Assembly (NCBI GenBank): GCA_016930775.1
Contig: JAFGGB010000112.1
Span: 1 to 63,782 of the forward strand
Direction: 5' to 3'
Source of the DNA: Deltaproteobacteria bacterium
GTDB lineage: Bacteria; Desulfobacterota; Syntrophia; Syntrophales; UBA2210
Length of the DNA: 63,782 nucleotides
The translations under genes were made by a program, and so were the position numbers. The notes under the pieces were generated by a model, which was given only the letters and a program-made list of their open reading frames with translations, did not search any database and was not told the DNA's origin. Numbering within the stretch: position 1 is the stretch's first letter; the number at the start of each line of letters is the position of its first letter. Positions 62,348-63,782 of the stretch are shown piece by piece.

Positions 62348-63094
62348 GTGATAAAGCCTCTCATAGCGGCAAACTGGAAAATGAACAAGACCGTCAGAGA
62401 ATCGGTCGAATTTTCCCGGAAACTGAAAGAAGACTTCGCAGAATATCGAGAACGCGACATCGTCGTGGCGCCTGCCTTCACCGCTCTGTATCCTGTTTCG
62501 GAGATCCTGAAAACAACGCCGATCAATGTGGCTGCCCAAAACATTCACCAGGCGGAAAAGGGGGCGTTTACCGGCGAAATATCGGCTGCCATGATCGCCG
62601 ATGTGGGTTGCAGCAACGTGATCGTGGGTCATTCGGAACGGAGAACCCTCTTTTCAGAAACGAATAATACAATTAACCGGAAGCTAATAGCTGCCATCGA
62701 AGCAGGTCTTGCGCCCATCTTCTGCATAGGAGAGACTCTGAACGAAAGGAACGACGGGCGTACCTTTGAGGTAATAAAAAATCAGATCGAAGAGGGATTG
62801 AATATTATTGAAACAGATGATATAGGGGGCATCGTTGTCGCCTATGAACCCGTGTGGGCCATTGGAACGGGCAGAACCGCATCGGCGGAGCAGGCCGAGG
62901 AAGCTCATCTGTATATACGGTCGATTCTCAGAGAGATTGTTGGCGCGGCGGCGGAAAAAATGAGAATCATCTATGGCGGCAGCGTCAATGAAAAAAACAT
63001 TGCCGGGCTCATGAGGCAGCCGAACATAAACGGAGCTCTCGTAGGCGGTGCGAGCCTTGATTATATTTCATTCAAGAAAATAGTACGGCACTAG
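62348..63094 (+). CDS. tpiA: Triosephosphate isomerase
   Basis: ANWKMN, GHSERR, AYEPVWAIGTG, YGGSV, LVGGAS; GTG start after AAGGAG. Confidence 0.98.
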   Translation: MIKPLIAANWKMNKTVRESVEFSRKLKEDFAEYRERDIVVAPAFTALYPVSEILKTTPINVAAQNIHQAEKGAFTGEISAAMIADVGCSNVIVGHSERRTLFSETNNTINRKLIAAIEAGLAPIFCIGETLNERNDGRTFEVIKNQIEEGLNIIETDDIGGIVVAYEPVWAIGTGRTASAEQAEEAHLYIRSILREIVGAAAEKMRIIYGGSVNEKNIAGLMRQPNINGALVGGASLDYISFKKIVRH

Positions 63095-63114
63095 GAAAAG
63101 GAGAAGAAAAAACC

Positions 63115-63480
63115 GTGTACATACTTATTGTTGCTTTGCACGTCATCATATGCATCATCTTGATCATGGTCGTGCTTTTGCAGACCGGCAAGGGAGCTGA
63201 AATGGGCGCCGCCTTCGGAGGTTCGAGCCAGACAGTCTTCGGCAGCTCCGGACCAGGCACCTTCCTCAGCAAAATGACAACCATTGTGGCAATCGTTTTC
63301 ATGCTCACGTCATTGTGGCTCGCTTACTTCGCATATCATAAAAAATCGAGCCTTATGGAGGATGCGGTAAAGGCGCCTGTCGAACAGACCGTTCCCGCAA
63401 CAACCGAGAAGGCTGCGGTTCCTGCAGTTCCGGCGACTCCGGCGCAGCCTGTCGCACCCGGAGCCACTCAAAAGCAATGA
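63115..63480 (+). CDS. secG: Preprotein translocase SecG
   Basis: VLLQ.GKGA.MGAAFGG, two TM helices; after tpiA. Confidence 0.96.
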   Translation: MYILIVALHVIICIILIMVVLLQTGKGAEMGAAFGGSSQTVFGSSGPGTFLSKMTTIVAIVFMLTSLWLAYFAYHKKSSLMEDAVKAPVEQTVPATTEKAAVPAVPATPAQPVAPGATQKQ

Positions 63481-63563
63481 TTTCGTTGTTTATTATTCCA
63501 TCGAAACGAAAGTATTTTTCGATTGACAAAGGAAAGGAAACAACGTAGGTCATAACCGTCTTC

Positions 63564-63650
63564 GCCGAAGTGGTGGAATTTGGTAGACACGCTATCTTGA
63601 GGGGGTAGTGGGCAAAACCCGTCCGGGTTCAAATCCCGGCTTCGGCACCA
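63564..63650 (+). tRNA. tRNA-Leu(GAG)
   Basis: GCCGAAGTGGTGGAA...TTGAGGG...GGTTCAAATCC...TTCGGCACCA; usual position after secG. Confidence 0.97.
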
Positions 63651-63660
63651 TGAGACTGAT

Positions 63661-63695
63661 AAAGGGCGTAATCTTTGCGGGTTGCGCCTTTTTCA
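63661..63695 (+). terminator. Rho-independent terminator after tRNA-Leu
   Basis: AAAGGGCGTAATC...GGTTGCGCCTTTTT stem with a T-tract. Confidence 0.75.
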
Positions 63696-63757
63696 TTTGA
63701 GAAGGGAAATTCCATTAAAAAAAGCACTCAGGAAAAATCCCAAGTGCTTGATTTTTC

Positions 63758-63782
63758 TGGTGGAGCTGAGGGGAGTCGAACC
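63758..63782 (-). tRNA. 3' end of tRNA-Ala (or tmRNA), cut by the window edge
   Basis: Minus strand GGTTCGACTCCCCTCAGCTCCACCA, an Ala-type acceptor end; hairpin with T-tract downstream at about 63717-63749. Confidence 0.7.

Overview
Window from a deltaproteobacterial genome, probably Syntrophales-like (inferred from gene order and protein sequences). It has three zones. (1) About 1-10.9 kb is an AT-richer accessory zone: a partial Fic gene, a 3' fragment of tRNA-Sec that looks like an island attachment site, a PEP-CTERM surface protein behind a sigma54-type promoter, a tyrosine-integrase relic, and a putative catabolic module (TctCBA transporter, ThDP enzyme, divergent fold-IV aminotransferase, phosphotriesterase-like hydrolase). 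(2) About 11-29.6 kb is mixed metabolism, signalling and envelope: icd, ltaE, a type IVa pilin resembling Geobacter/Syntrophus pilins, a radical SAM protein, DUF169, FIST plus hybrid kinase, CDF, hemolysin III, cysS, argC, rplM-rpsI, lptD, folC. (3) About 29.8-63.8 kb is the ribosomal superoperon (tRNA cluster-rpmG-secE-nusG-rplKAJL-rpoBC-str-S10-spc-alpha), then an AmrB-AmrA fusion, gap-tpiA-secG and tRNAs. The most striking observation is that the str-operon fusA (EF-G) slot holds only a ~0.66 kb eroded relic between intact rpsG and tuf. tufB, adk and pgk are also missing from their usual positions. No complete novel system can be proven from the sequence alone; the best candidates are the fusA relic and the selC-linked catabolic module. 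All calls are by eye, with no database search.
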